Assembly (NCBI GenBank): GCA_951406725.2
Contig: OX597828.1
Location: 39,494,001 to 39,558,000, forward strand
Origin: Octopus vulgaris
Taxonomy: Eukaryota
Direction of reading: 5' to 3'
Length of the DNA stretch: 64,000 bases
The position numbers and the translations under genes were made by a program. The notes beneath the pieces were generated by a model that was not told where the DNA came from, ran no database searches, and saw nothing but the letters and a program-made list of their open reading frames with translations. Each line of letters begins with the position of its first letter. The first letter of the stretch is position 1. Positions 25,888 through 41,047 of the stretch are shown here, piece by piece.

Positions 25888-28800
25888 CCATGGCTGTGAA
25901 ATATTTTTTAAAAGTTGACTGTTAGGGCACTTACGGTTTTTTGTTTTTTTTGGGGGATGTGGGGGGTTTTCAATTTTTAAAAACAAATTTCTTTTTAATA
26001 TTTTATCATTTCAGTGTGAGAGTATCTTTCTCTGAGATGTTCTTCTGTTTTTAATACATAAGTATTTATGTTCACTTAAAATTGATTTAAGAAAAAATTT
26101 CTGATACCCTTTCATTGGGGATTTGTGCTTTTTTTTTTCTTTTTTGTTTTTTAATGAAAATATTCTTAATAGTGATATTCACTATTTAAAGTATGTAAAT
26201 GTGTAGCTCATCACCTATTTAATCTCACTTTAATATTTTTGCCTCTATCAAGGTGGCAAGCTGGTAGAATCACACATCAGGCAGAATGCTTAGCAGCATT
26301 TTGTCCAGCTTTACATTCGGAATCCAAATTTCACCAGGGTCAACTTTGCCTTTCATCCTTTCGGGGTCGATAAAATAAGTACCAGTTGAGTATTGGGGGT
26401 CGATGTAATCGACTAGCCCCTCCTCCAAAATTGCTGGCCTTGTGCCAAAATTTTAAACCAATATTGTTACCTCTTTCTACTACCCTGCTTGCTGGTAGAT
26501 TATTATTATTTTAATTGAAACAACTATATTTTGAGTGTAGACTCAATAAAATTCCATATATGGTAAAGAAATTACAAAAATGTATGAAAGATATGTAAAC
26601 TAAGGTCATTTAATATTATCATTCATAAATTTACATGTAACATCTTTTCTGTGTGAAGGCTTCTGCCTCTAATTGTTATGCACAATGGCTCTGCCACTAA
26701 AATTGTTACTAATGAGATTGTTGGTTAAATTAGTTTAAGATGCTTCTACACAATAGCTGAAAAGCATTGCCTTGTCAAATTGTTTTTAAGGGCAATTTTG
26801 TTGATGAAATATTGTATCCTGTGAATATTTGATTAACAGGAGAAATCATACGCAATGCTAATTTATTAAACCTTTTCTATTTTACTGTCCTGTGATATCT
26901 CTAATTTATTATATGTATTTATTTTTAGTAATGCTTTATTTAAAAATTATTTTTTTTAAGTATTTCAATTCTGAGCTGCTGCTAACCTTCACATAAAACG
27001 ATTTTATCTTGCACCAGTAGACTGTTTACATTTTTGCAGCAGTTCAACCACTAGGTTCGCCACCCCTTCCCCCAAAGAATACCATATACTTGGTATGAAA
27101 GCTTTCAGTAATAAGTTATAGTGTCCCTTCCCGAAACACTTCTAGCAAAACTAAAATAGTCCCTGCTGCTTCTGAACAGAATATTCCCCATCCACCCCAC
27201 TGACCTTCACTGCTTTTCTCCCCCCCCCCACTCTGTCTCTTTAAAGCTCTTACTAAATCATATTAGTCAGTCTTCCTTTTCCGTAACTAATTTTTTTTTT
27301 TCATCTTTAAAATATTTATTAAAACCGCTTCTATTGGTCATTTTATCATTTTAAAATATATGAGATGTACTTGTTTATTACCTTGACAGTGTTTACCGTT
27401 TTAAAAAATTAAATTAGAAAATTGGACAAAACAGAGAACAGAATTGAAAAATTAAAAAGAAAGAGAAAAAAGAAAAACCCAAACAATTCACTGCTTTGGG
27501 TTGAAAAGTTGGGCATGCTGGGAAACCTCTCTAATGGCTATTGAGGCCAGCATGTTTGTAGCATTGCCACGGGTGATGGCGAGGCTGATGCACTGGAACA
27601 TATTTTCCCATGTGTTTTTTACAAACACTGATCTCACCAACTTCACTGTCATTGTTGTTCTTCTAACTAGGAACAAAAAGGAAACACAAGTATTGATTGT
27701 CCCCTACTCATATAGATTACTCTAACCAACAAACCAACCAAGCACCAACACTCTCACTGAAAAGAATTGAGTCACTGGGCTTGTCATACAGTGTAATTCT
27801 CATGGCCAAGCAATGCTTGGAGTGGACTAGTGCTCTAGCCTACTATGAGCTTTGCATTGTGTGTTGCCTTAAAGTGGTTATCTAGCCGAAATTACAAACT
27901 AGTCTAACTTCGTTATAGAGTGGTTGACATTAAGAATATTCAACCAGTAAATATTTACTCTACCAGCCCTAGTTTCTCCCAAATATATTATGAAAATAAC
28001 AAATACAAGCCACATATTTCATATTCGTTTTTTGCATCTTTGTCTGGATGAGACAGCAGGCTGAAATGTTTTAGTGGTGTTCCATGTCTAAAAGCATATC
28101 CTAAATACTTTTTTTTTTTGTTATTATTTATTGTTCTTATCATTAGGGCAGTGAAAAGCAGCGAGCTAGCAGAAATGTTAGCATGCCAAGCAAAATGCTT
28201 AGCAGTATTGTTTATCTTTATGTTCTGAGTTCAAATTCTGCTGAGGTCAACTTTGCCTTCCATCCTCTAGGAGTTGATGAAATAAATACCAGTTGAACAT
28301 TGGGGTTAATATAATTGACTTATCTTGTCCCCTGAAAATGCTGGTCCTGTGCCAAAATTTGAAATCCTTATTATTAGGGCATTGAGTTTGCAGAATCATT
28401 AGAGCATCAGAAAAATGGTTCTGGTCTTTTAGGTTCTGTCTTCAAGTCTTACTTTAGTTAACTTTACCTTTCAACTGTCCAAGGTTGAAAAAATAAAGCA
28501 CTAGTCAAATACTGAGGTTGATCTGATCAACTAACCCCTCCCCTCAAAATTGATGGCCTTCTGCCTACATCAGAAACTACTATTGCTAGTGTGGGAGACT
28601 GACAGAGCTATTAAATACCTAGCAGTATTTGTTCTGGCTCTTTACATTCAGAGTTCAAATCCCACAAAGGTCAGCTTTATCTTTCATCCCTCTGGGGTTG
28701 ATATGACTTTCTCTCCCCTTAAAAATTGATGGTCTTGCTCCTAAATTAGAAATATTTGTTATAACCAATGGTAAGAGTTAGCAATGGCCAAATTGGTTAG

Positions 28801-29462
28801 TGTGTCCAAGAAACACTTCTTTGCAGTATTTAGCTAATGTCTCTTCATGTTCCCAGTTCAACCCCAGTCAATAAAATAAGCATCATTTAAGTATTGATTT
28901 TTTTTTGTTGTTGTCTAAAGCTGTCCCAAAATTTGAGATCCAGTTTCTGTGTTAGAAATCATAATTTTGTTTGACCCTTGTATTTATCTTGTTCACAACA
29001 ACAAAAAGAAAAAAAATTTTTTAACTCTCCAAAACATGTGTAGCTTAATTTGGATTAATTCTGAGATTATATTTCAACAGCTTTTTACCACAGCCAAATA
29101 CGACATGTTTATGCCTGTCTTTTTTACATTCTAAGAAGTTTGGAAGATTTGTTAATTGTTCATCTGTCAAAACTTTTCAAGTATTAACATAGGGCACAGG
29201 CATGGCTGTGTGGTTAGTAACTTTGCTTTGCAACTGCATCAGCACTTTTAGACAACTGCCTTCTGACATAACCTTGAGAGTGATCTCTGGTTGACAGAAA
29301 GTTGTATCGAATTCTGCTGGAGTGATCATTCATTTTAATCCGTCTTTTGGTGTTAACGCCACCACCTGACCCGTGGGCATTCACTGTGTTGTAAGCATTT
29401 GGGTCAGGTTTTCACTTCAAGGAAAACTTTTCTATTTGCTCCTCTGATTGTCATTAATAAAA

Positions 29463-29493
<31 letters not shown>

Positions 29494-29826
29494 AAAAAAA
29501 ATTTTAATGCTAAAGAATATAAGAACCCTCCCCCCCACCAAATTCACTTGGAAGTTTTTGTTATTTTTAAAAGAGCAGCCAAAAAATAATGACTCAGAAC
29601 AATATCTTATTGGTTCAAAATCCTTTTAAGGCTGAAAAAACAATATGCATTTTTTTTTTCTTTATGCATCCGGTTTGTGTTAAAGTACCATATACAAACG
29701 ATCCCACCCTATCATTGTATGAAAGTATTTGTAAGATGGGAATTCTTGTCACCTCATTTTTCTTTACATGTTCCTATCTGTTATTTGCTGCTGTATCAAA
29801 CTGACTCCATGAAAACAAATTTTATA

Positions 29827-29890
29827 AATAAACAATTAAAAAACACTCTTGTTTTTTCTTTTCTATTTTTGTGATATGTGATAGAATAAA
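29827..29890 (+). terminator. Candidate polyadenylation signals for the BH3-only transcript
   Basis: AATAAA at 29827 and 29885, each followed by T/GT-rich sequence, near the end of a ~4 kb AU-rich region. Confidence 0.3.
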
Positions 29891-30366
29891 TGTTATGTAG
29901 TGATATTTTGTCCTCGACACAGATGCAGGTATTAGGAAAAAAAGAAACCTATTTTGACATTAAATGTTATTTCTTGCTAAACAAGCCATGTTTGCCTAAC
30001 GACAGTGTAATGTTTGTGAGTAACACACCATTCTACAAATTTGTTGATAGTGTTTAGGTGTGTGTGTGCACATATATATATATATATATAAAGGCGGCGA
30101 GCTGGCAGAAACGTTAGCATGCCGGGCGAAATGCGTGGCTGTTTTTCGTCTGCCGCTACATTCTGAGTTCAAATTCCGCCGAGGTCGACTTTGCCTTTCA
30201 TCTTTTCAGGGTCGATAAATTAAGTACCAGTTGCGCACTGGGGGTCGATGTAATCGACTTAATCCCTTTGTCCTTGTTTGTCCTCTCTGTGTTTAGCCCC
30301 TTGTGAGTAGTAAAGAAATATATATATATATATATATATTAGAGAGAGAGAGGTTGCAAAAATATG

Positions 30367-30400
<34 letters not shown>

Positions 30401-32154
30401 GTTATTATAAAGTGTCATAAGTCCAAAACACTGCTTTTTTTCAGAAAACAAAAAATAATAGTTTCACCATTCCATTTCTTTTCCCATTAGCAACAGTTTC
30501 AGTGAAGTAATAATACTTTGTTGGGTGCATAAAATCGTAACTCCATGCATTTATGATATTTTCAGTCAGAAATATTTTTATAAAACTGTTGTATGTGGGG
30601 CTTACTACACTTTTGAAAAATGCTAAACCGTTGTACTACACTTCGACAATTTTAATCTGAAGCAGCTGGAGATACGATAGTTTGACCAAAAAAACTGGCT
30701 ATTGCAAGCAAAATTAAATATTGGAAAAAAATGCATTTGGCCAAATTTGGACATACAACAGTTTAACATAATAGCAATGATATATATTAAACAAAATGGG
30801 TTGCTTATAAGGAATTAAACGACTTAAAGACAAATTAATAGAGGTCACTAAAGTGACCGAGAGTACTAATTAGTACCAGTATTGCTAGAAATAAGAGACA
30901 AAACAACTCATAATTAATGCCTGATAAGAGGAGGTAAGCCCTTAGCAGATATAGCCAAATCGATGATTTGGGATTTTAATACAGGGCACCTTAATCCTCA
31001 TCAGTGACTCTTACCACCTATGGTTAAACTCAACTCCCTCTATCAGTCTTATAAGAATACGGTTGAAACACATGCAGTGACTTCAAAATGGTGAAAGTAT
31101 AAACTATAAAATGGGTGGCTTGTCAGCAATTAACTTAAAGGCAAATTAATAGACATCACTAAAGAGATAGAGGGTACAGGTACCTTTCAAATGTTGCTTG
31201 AGAAGACCTGTCAAGCCAAGTGAAATTGTATTTGTAGCCGATGCTGGTATCACCCGTGACGGTGGCAAGTTAGAAGCATCTTTTGAGTGTTAAGCCTCAC
31301 AGAGGCAATGGCGAATGACAGACTTTTGGCATTATGCTGTACTTGAGAAAAAGATCCAACATGCCAAGTAAAATTGCAGTCGTGGCAGATACTGGTGTCA
31401 CAGAAATGACACCTGTGCCAGTGTCATGTAAAAGTACCCATTACACTCTTGTGGTTGGCATTAGGAAGGGCATCCAGCCATAGAAACCATGCTAAATCAG
31501 ACTGGAGTCTGGTGCAGACTTCCAGTTTGCCAGCCTTGGTGAAACCTTTGACCCATGCCACCATGGACAATGAACATCAAATGATGATGATGATGATGAC
31601 AAGGCACAGCCATGGTTATGAAGCTTACTTGCAATGATGTGGTCTAGAGTTCAGGTCCACAGTGTGGCACCTTGAGCAAGTGTCTGCTATTATAGCCTTG
31701 GATCAACCAGTATTTTGTGAGCAAATTTGATAGATGGAAACTTGAAAGCCCATTCTGTGTGTATATGTGTGTGATTTTGTGACTGCCCCCCCACCAACAT
31801 CACTGTTTGTTTATGTCCTTGTAACTTAGCAATTCAGCAAAAGAGACTGAGAAAATAATTACTAGTGTCAGTTTGTTCAACTAAATCATTCAGGGTAGTG
31901 CTCTAGCATGGCCACAGTCCAATGTCTGAAACAAGTAAAAGATAAAGATATATATATATATATATAGGTGCAGGAGTGGCTGTGTGGTAAGTAGCTTGCT
32001 TACCAACCACATGGTTCCGGGTCCAGTCCCACTGTGTGGCACCTTGCGCAAGTGTCTTCTACTATAGCCTCAAGTAAACCAAAGTGGATATGGTAGACGG
32101 AAACAGAAAGAACCCTGTCATATATGTATGTGTATATATATATATAGAGAGAGA

Positions 32155-32960
32155 GAGGTTGGACAAAATAATGGAAACACTGAGCATCATAGCATCGTAA
32201 TTTTGAAATATCTATAAAAATCATCAAAAGCTTGTTTATTTTTATGTTTTTTTTATTTATTATTAGGCATGGCTATGTAGTAAGAAGTATGCTTTTCAGG
32301 TTCAGACCTCATGTTTGGCACCTTGAATAAATGTCTTCAACTATAGCTCCAGGTAGACCAAAGCCTTGTGAGTGTGAGTGGAAACTTTAAAAAAAAAAAA
32401 TCATTGATATCAATATGTGTGTGTTTTTTGTGTGATAGTTTGATTGCCACCACGTGTGTGTGTGTGAGTCTTTACATACACATATATATACACAAACGGA
32501 GTGGTTGGCGTTAGGAAGGGCATCCAGCTGTAGAAACATTGCCAGATTAGACTGGAGCCTGGTGCAGCCTTCTGGCTTCCCAGAACCCCGGTCGAACCGT
32601 CCAACCCATGCTAGCATGGAGAACGGACGTTAAACGACAATGATGATGATGATGATGATGAAACATGCAGGAAGTAAATAGATACCTTTAATTTTCAAAA
32701 TTTCTAATCAAAGCGTCTTAATATGTTTTCAGTGGTGTAGAATTTACAATGTAATTATTCTTTTTCATTCCAGGTGCCATTCTATTAAACATTTGTGAAG
32801 AGAAACCATGCCACGCACAAAAAATTCAGCAGAACTGTCAGATTTTCAAAGAGGTCGTATTGTTGGGCAATCTGAGGCTGATCTTAGCCAGCAAAAAATT
32901 GCTGAAAATCTTCAAATTCCTCTTGCTACTGTTAATAGAATTATAGTGCAATTAAAAAGC
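32155..32960 (+). mobile_element. Tc1-like transposon left end and N-terminal HTH, interrupted by SINEs
   Basis: TIR-like gaggttggacaaaataatggaaacac at ~32156; [23 protein letters not shown]...[20 protein letters not shown] (32808-32990) is a Tc1-type paired HTH. Confidence 0.75.
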
Positions 32961-33391
32961 CGCTTGCTAGATCAGCTGGTTATCAAATAAAGCTCAATAT
33001 TCTTCTAGCCATTGCTCATCGTCTCTTTTAAATATATAAATCTATATAAATCCAAGATTAACTTGATGTATTACTGTCCGATGATGGCTGCAAGTATTTG
33101 TGAACCTTGGAAGTCATTGGCGGAAACTTTGAAATCACTGTCAATACGATTCTTGTTATATGTACTCAATAAAAGTATGGAGTAATCCTTCAGATTAATA
33201 TAAAATTGTTTTCATTATAACTGAATATAAAAACATATATATTTATATAGATATATTTGTGTGTGTGTGCGTAAAGTAAATATTCATAGGTATATATATA
33301 TGTATATGAATAGTCATATGTATTATATATATTTATATATCATAAATAAGATATGTATATATATAACGTATGTATTATATATAATATATAG

Positions 33392-33460
<69 letters not shown>

Positions 33461-33462
<2 letters not shown>

Positions 33463-34115
33463 TAAATTAGAAAAAAACTACCTTTTATCAATTCAAAATG
33501 AACAATTAAAATACACCATCTAGAAAATTACATATAATAGAAATATTAAAATTAAAATAACAATAAAATACCGATGATTAAGTAAATTACAAAAAAAATA
33601 ATAAAGACGTTTAATTGGTAGAATAACGACATGTGTTTCGAGGCTATATTTAAGAAATGATTATAGTAAAAATATTAATTAATAGTAGTAGTAAAATCAC
33701 TTCGATATAAATATAGCCACTCATCAGGTTAAAAATAAACTAGAATAATAAAATAATTAATTAATAAATATACTTTAAAATATATATATATATATAAATA
33801 AATTAGAAAAAAACTACCTTTTATCAATTCAAAATGAACAACTAAAATACACCATCTAGAAAATTACATATAATAGAAATATTAAAATTAAAATAACAAT
33901 AAAATACCGATGATAAAGTAAATTACAAAAAAAATAATAAAGACGTTTAATTGGTAGAATAACGACATGTGTTTCGAGGCTATATTTAAGAAATGATTAT
34001 AGTAAAAAAATTAATTAATAGTAGTAGTAAAATCACTTCGATATAAATATAGCCACTCATCAGGTTAAAAATAAACTAGAATAATAAAATAATTAATTAA
34101 TTAATATACTTTAAT
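33461..34115 (-). repeat. Tandem 336-bp duplication, each unit with a type I hammerhead ribozyme (Penelope pLTR/retrozyme-like)
   Basis: Near-identical units with period 336 (tcatcag at 33721 and 34057). The minus strand reads UAAC-CUGAUGA-GUGGCUAUAUUU...AAAUAUAGCCUC-GAAA-CACAUGUC-GUUA. Confidence 0.75.
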
Positions 34116-34627
34116 ATATATAAGATACTAAATATACATTAAGTGAAAACTAAAAACAATACTTAAATTATTCAATACTTTAAAATTAATTAATATACAC
34201 AATGCTAGTACAAGTCATTAATATTGTAATCAAAATAAGAAATGGTTCAAATATAGACAAACTCATTAAATAAGCTAGCTATATAATTAATATATATGTG
34301 TAGTATCTATAGATTTAATATATCACTCTATAATTTAGTTGACTAAATATCATCTAATATAATACCTAATTATCTTAAATTTAATACTACTTAATATATA
34401 TATACCACCTAATTTCACACATACACTACATAGGGTCCATAGTGCGTCAGAGCCCCCACAAATGTTCACCTTCTTGCCTAATGTGATCCCGGAGCAATCT
34501 CTTAGACTGTTTCGGTATTATGTGTCAAAAGTGAAACAATAACATCTCTATTGTAATGTGAGATAATAGTGACAGTTTTAATAGTTTCACTATTAATACT
34601 TTTACTATGAACATAGTATATACACAG

Positions 34628-35001
<374 letters not shown>

Positions 35002-35069
35002 AATAATATATAAATATATATGCATATATACATACATATATCTACATACCTACATATATATGTATATAT

Positions 35070-35646
35070 GGGTACACGACATCAAAAAAACGTTGAACTC
35101 AATGAGAAATGAAAACAGAAAAACAAAAACATAGAAACGAACTTTTTTTCAAACAACTAAAAAAACAGAGAAACGAGACACACAACATAAAGAATATTCC
35201 CTTCATCAGTTGTCCCCTGTTTCATCTACTCCGCGTTTTGAAGGTAAGGACAAGACGTGACTTCATTGAAACAGTCCTTTCCGCAAAGCAAATTAAATAA
35301 AATTTGGTATCTTTTGCGGAGGGTGAAAGTGGTAACCAGAACAGGAGAGGAAGAACAAGACAGTGAAAACAGTAAAAGACAGAACAATGAGGATAAAAGA
35401 GTAAAAACAAATGATGAGGGTTGTTAAGGCAAGACGATGGAAAAGTTATTCTGAATGTTCAAGGAGACGAGCTTATGAAGAGACAGGATTAGTCTTTGTG
35501 AAGGTAGTAGGCGGAAAGGTGGATTCCCTCTCATCACGTGTCGGCAACAAGAGTGTTGAGGAGGAGAAAAAAGTTCGTTTCTATATTTTTGTTTTTATGT
35601 TTTCATTCCTCATCATATTCAATGTTTTTTTGATGTCCTGTACCCA
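35070..35646. mobile_element. MITE-like element with ~80-bp imperfect terminal inverted repeats
   Basis: gggtacacgacatcaaaaaaacgttgaa...aaacgaactttttt versus aaaaaagttcgtttc...ttcaatgtttttttgatgtcctgtaccc, flanked by TA repeats. Confidence 0.7.
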
Positions 35647-35670
35647 TATATGCATGTATATATACATATC

Positions 35671-36330
35671 CGTTCGTGGCCGTTTGCCAGCTCTGTCTGG
35701 CCCCGTGTCGGTGGCACGTAAAAGCACCATCCGTCCGTGTCTGTTGCCAGCCTCGGCTGGCCCCCGTGCCGGTGACACGTAAAAGCACCGTCCGCTCGTG
35801 GCCGTTTGCCAGCTCTGTCTGGGAACCGTGTCAGTGGCACGTAAAAGCACCATCTGTTCGCGTCCGTTGCCAGCCTCAGCTGGCCCCCGTACCAGTGACA
35901 CGTAAAAGCACCATCCGTTCATGGCCGTTTGCCAGCTCTGTCTGGCCCCGTGTCGGTGGCACGTAAAAGCACCATCCGTCCGTGTCCGTTGCTGGCCCCC
36001 GTGCCGGTGACACGTAAAAGCACCGTCTGCTCATGGCCGTTTGCCAGCTCTGTCTGGCAACCGTGTCGGTGGCACGTAAAAGCACCATCCGTTCGCGTCC
36101 GTTGCCAGCCTCGGCTGGGCCCCGTGCCAGTGACATGTAAAAGCACCGTCCATTCGTGGCCGGTTGCCAGCTCTGTCTGGCCCCGTGTCGGTGGCACGTA
36201 AAAGCACCATCCGTTCGTGTCCGTTGCCAGCATCGCCTGGCCCCGTGCCGGTGACACATAAAAGCACCATCCGTTCGTGGCCGTTCGCCAGCTCTGTCTG
36301 GCACCTGTGCAGGTGGCACGTAAAAAACAC
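35671..36330 (+). repeat. GC-rich minisatellite (~60-bp unit, ~11 copies) amplified from a SINE internal segment
   Basis: Repeated ggtg(g/a)cacgtaaaagcacc core with two alternating spacer variants; runs directly into a SINE 3' part (36330-36497). Confidence 0.9.
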
Positions 36331-36559
36331 CCACTACACTCGCGGAGTGGTTGGCGTTAGGAAGGGCATCCAGCCGTAGAAACACTGCCAGATCTGACTG
36401 GGCCTGACGAAGCCTTCCAGCTTCACAGACCCCAGTTGACCCGTCCAACCCATGCTAGCATGGAAAACGGACGCTAAACGATGATGATGATGATGATATG
36501 CATATATTTATATATTATTTATATTATTATATGATCAAATGCCACACATCCTTTTCCAA

Positions 36560-36960
<401 letters not shown>

Positions 36961-38551
36961 TGGCTGATGACAGTACCGCCTGATTGAAACTCGTGCCAGT
37001 GGAACATTAAAAGCACATCCAAGCGTGGGGTGTAACCAGCTCACTTATGAGTACCCCTAATTCATTGGAAAATAAACTTTGCATGCAAAGACCTATTGAG
37101 GCAAGTGAAATCAAATCAAAATCACTGATGTGGCCGAGGACAGTACTGCCTGGTTGGCACTCATGCCAGTGGAACGTTAAAAGCACACCCGAGTGTGATC
37201 GTTGCCAGGGCAAGAGATTGGCTCAAATGCCGGTGGCATGTAAAAAGCACCATTCAGGTGTGATCATTGCCAGCATCGTCTTACTGGCACATGTACAGGT
37301 GGCAGGTGAAAAACAACATTCGAGCGTGGTCATTGCCAGTGCCGCCAGACTGGCTCCCATACTGGTAGCATGTAAAAAACTCCTTTTGAGCATGATCATT
37401 GCCAGAATTGCTTGGCTGGCCCTCGTGCCAGTGGCACGTAAAAGCACCCATTATATTCTCAGAGTGGTTGGCATTAGGAGGGGCATCTATCTGTAGAAAC
37501 TTTGCCAGATCAGATTGAGCCTGGTGCAGCCTTCTGGCTCACAAGTCCTCAGTTAAACAGTCCAACCCATGCAAGCATGGAAAGCAGATGTTAAATGACA
37601 GCGATGATAAATATATATGTGTGTGTGGGTATTCATGTATATCTGTGTACATATATATATATTTCTTTACTACCCACAAGGGGCTAAACATAGAGGGGAC
37701 AAACAAGGACAGACAAAGGGATTAAGTCGATTACATCGACCCCAGTGCGTAACTGGTACTTAATTTATCGACCCCGAAAGGATGAAAGGCAAAGTCGACC
37801 TCGGCGGAATTTGAACTCGGAACGTAACGACAGACGAAATACTGCTCCGAATTTCGCCCAGCGTGCTAACGTTTCTACCAGCTCGCCGCTGTGTACATAT
37901 ATATAGATGTATATATACTCTTTTTTTTTACTTGTTCCAGTCATTTGACTGCAGCCATGCTGGAGTACCGCCTTTTAGTCGAGCAAATCGACTCCAGGAC
38001 TTATTCTTTGTAAGCCTAGTACTTATTCTATCAGTCTCTTTTGCCGAACCACTAATTAACGGGGACGTAAATATACCAGCATCAGTTGTCAAGCGATGTT
38101 GGCGGGACAAACACAGACACAAACACACACACACATACATACATATATATATACATACACGACAGGCTTCTTTCAGTTTCCGTCTACTAAATCCACTCAC
38201 AAGGCTTTGGTCGACCCGAGGCTATAGTAGAAGACACTTTCCCAAGGTGCCACACAGTGGGACTGAACCCGGAACTGTGTGGTTGGTAAGCAAGCTACTT
38301 ATCACACAGCCACTCCTGCGCCTATATATATATATTATTTTATTTTCATTTATTTTATTTTATCTAGTCTCAGCTCACGAGCTGTGGCCATGCTGGGGCA
38401 CTGTCATATATATATATGTGTGTGTGTTTGTGTGAATATATATATATATATATATATATATACCATATATATACCATATATATACATATATATATATATA
38501 TACATACATATATATACATATATATATATATATACATACATATATATGTAT

Positions 38552-38593
<42 letters not shown>

Positions 38594-39409
38594 GTGCAGG
38601 AGTGGCTGTGTGGTAAGTAGCTTGCTTACCAACCACATGGTTCTGTGTTCAGTCCCATTGCATGGCACCTTGGGCAAGTGTCTTCTACTATAGCCTCAGG
38701 CTGACCAAAGCCTTGTGAATGGATTTAGTAGAAGGAAACTGAAAGAAGCCTGTTGTATATATGTGTGTGTGTGTATGTTGCTTTTTATGTGTGTGGTTTG
38801 TGGGTGGAGATGTTTGAGTCATGCAGGCCTGGTGAGTCATCAAAATTCTCATAGAATGCGAGCCCGGAGCAATCTCTTTTGGTATTACGTGTCAAAAGTG
38901 AAACAATAACATCTCTATTGTAATGTGAGATAATAGTAACAGTTTCAATAGTTTCACTATTAATACTTTCGCTATGAAAGTAGTATATACATAGTGATGT
39001 GGCTATTAAAATTCATAACAATGTGTGTAAAATGTGGAAGGGTGTGCCTCTCAGTTGGAAGTCTATAAAGACATGTTAAGAGAGTGCATATGGTGGCACC
39101 TGTTTTTCCTGCCAGCCAGCGCAGTTGTCTAGTATGTAACTGGGCAGGGCTTAAAAGTCATATAAAGGCATCACATGGCAACTATGCTATTTTAATCCCG
39201 AGTCATGCCAGGTATCTCTGCTAGTATATATATATATATATACACAGACACACACACATATATACCTGTGGTAAGAAGCTTGCTTCCCAACCACATAGTA
39301 CCAGGTTGAGTCCTTCTGTGTGGCACCTTGCGTAAGTGTCTTCTACTGTACTCTCAGGCTGACCAAAACCTTTCGAGTGGATTTGGTAGATAGAAACTGA
39401 AAGAAGCGT

Positions 39410-39455
<46 letters not shown>

Positions 39456-40191
39456 GCACCAACCGATCGTGGCCGTTGCCAGCCTCGCCTGGCACCTATG
39501 CTGGTGGCACGTAAAAAACACCTACTACACTCACTGAGTGGTTAGCGTTAGGAAGGGCATCCAGCTGTAGAAACACTGCCAGATCAGACTGGGCCTGGTG
39601 CAGCCTCCTGGCTTCCCAGACCCCAGTCGAACCGTCCAACCCATGCTAGCATGGAAAGCGGACGTTAAACGATGGTGATGATATATATAAATATATATGT
39701 ATATATATGTTTGTGTATCTGAGTTTGTCCCTCCACCCTCACTTGACAACTGACATTAGTGTGTTTTCGTCCCCGTAACTTAGCGGTTTGGCAAAAGAAA
39801 CTGATAGAATAAGTACTATGCTTACAAAGAATAAGTCCTGGGATCAATTTGTTCGACTAAATGTGATGCTCCAGCATAACCACAGTCAAATGACTGAAAC
39901 CAATAAAAGAATACACACACACACATATATAAAATTATAATGTATATATATATATAATATTATCATTGTGGCTGAGTTCCATCTATATCATAATATATAT
40001 CTCTATTTGTTCCTTTATTTTACTTTTCCCTTCAAACATACCAGTTGCTCCTGGTTTACTTTCATACCATTGTTTTCCTCTCAATCTCATTATATGTATG
40101 CGTGTGTATGTATATATGCACATACATATTGATATATCTATAAAAACTATATATCTATTGATATATTTACACATGTCCATACATGCATATG

Positions 40192-41047
40192 TACGAGGAG
40201 TTACCCAAAAGAAACTGGAATTTTGCCATATTATTTTATTCACTTAGTTTTATATGTTTACACTTTTACAACCTTCAAAGTATTCTCCATTTGAAACAAT
40301 GCATCGGTCCAGACACATTTTCCATTTACCAAAGCAGGCCTGCAACACTTGCAAAGTGATGCGTTTTAACGCCTCCAGCATCTTTTCTTCATATCTGCAA
40401 ATTCAGTAGCACCAACTTTTGTCACCAGTGATGACCTTAGGAAAAAAAAAAGATCCAGATCAAATTCTAATTGTTCTTTCAGTTCACAACACGCATTCAG
40501 TTGTAACTGCCTTTGATCTTCCATAAGCAAGCAAGGCACGGATTTTGCCACAACTCTTTTCATTTGTAATTCCTCGCTCCCAATTCATTGGCAGGAGCTC
40601 CACAAAACACCAGTCATATCAAGAAGTTCATCAATTGCTTGGTGATGGTCCTCCATGATCAGTTCATGAATTTTCAAGATGTTTGCATTCATTTGAGAGG
40701 TTGATGGTTGTCCTGAACGAAATTGGTCTTCAAGCGACAAGTGACCATTCCTAAAGCATGCAAACCACTTGTAAACTTGTGCTTTGCTCATGGTAGCATC
40801 CTTGTGAGCTGTTTGAAGCATTACAACCGTTTTGGCTGCCATTTTATGTAGCAGAAAGTAGACAAACATGGAAGAAGCATTGTAAAACAAAGACACACTA
40901 TGTGGCAGTATGAACTCACCCACTGCCACCAGTTAACAGACTGATGCCTGAGGGTTGCATCAAGTGGCTTGTAACAGCAGAAGCCTGAACTACAATAGGT
41001 TTGTCCCATAGAGATCGTCTCCAGTTACTTTTCGGTACTCCCTTGTA
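40192..41047 (-). mobile_element. Internally deleted mariner element
   Basis: TA-flanked imperfect TIRs (tacgaggagttacccaaaagaaactgg / ccagttacttttcggtactcccttgta); decayed transposase VYKWFACFRNGHLSLEDQFRSGQPSTS...MKRVVAKSVPCLL. Confidence 0.85.

Noticed and set aside
35581-36448. Several long overlapping ORFs with repeated peptides; CRISPR-like appearance
   Set aside because: Products of a stop-poor SINE-derived minisatellite. The spacers are themselves repeated, there are no cas genes, and the context is eukaryotic.
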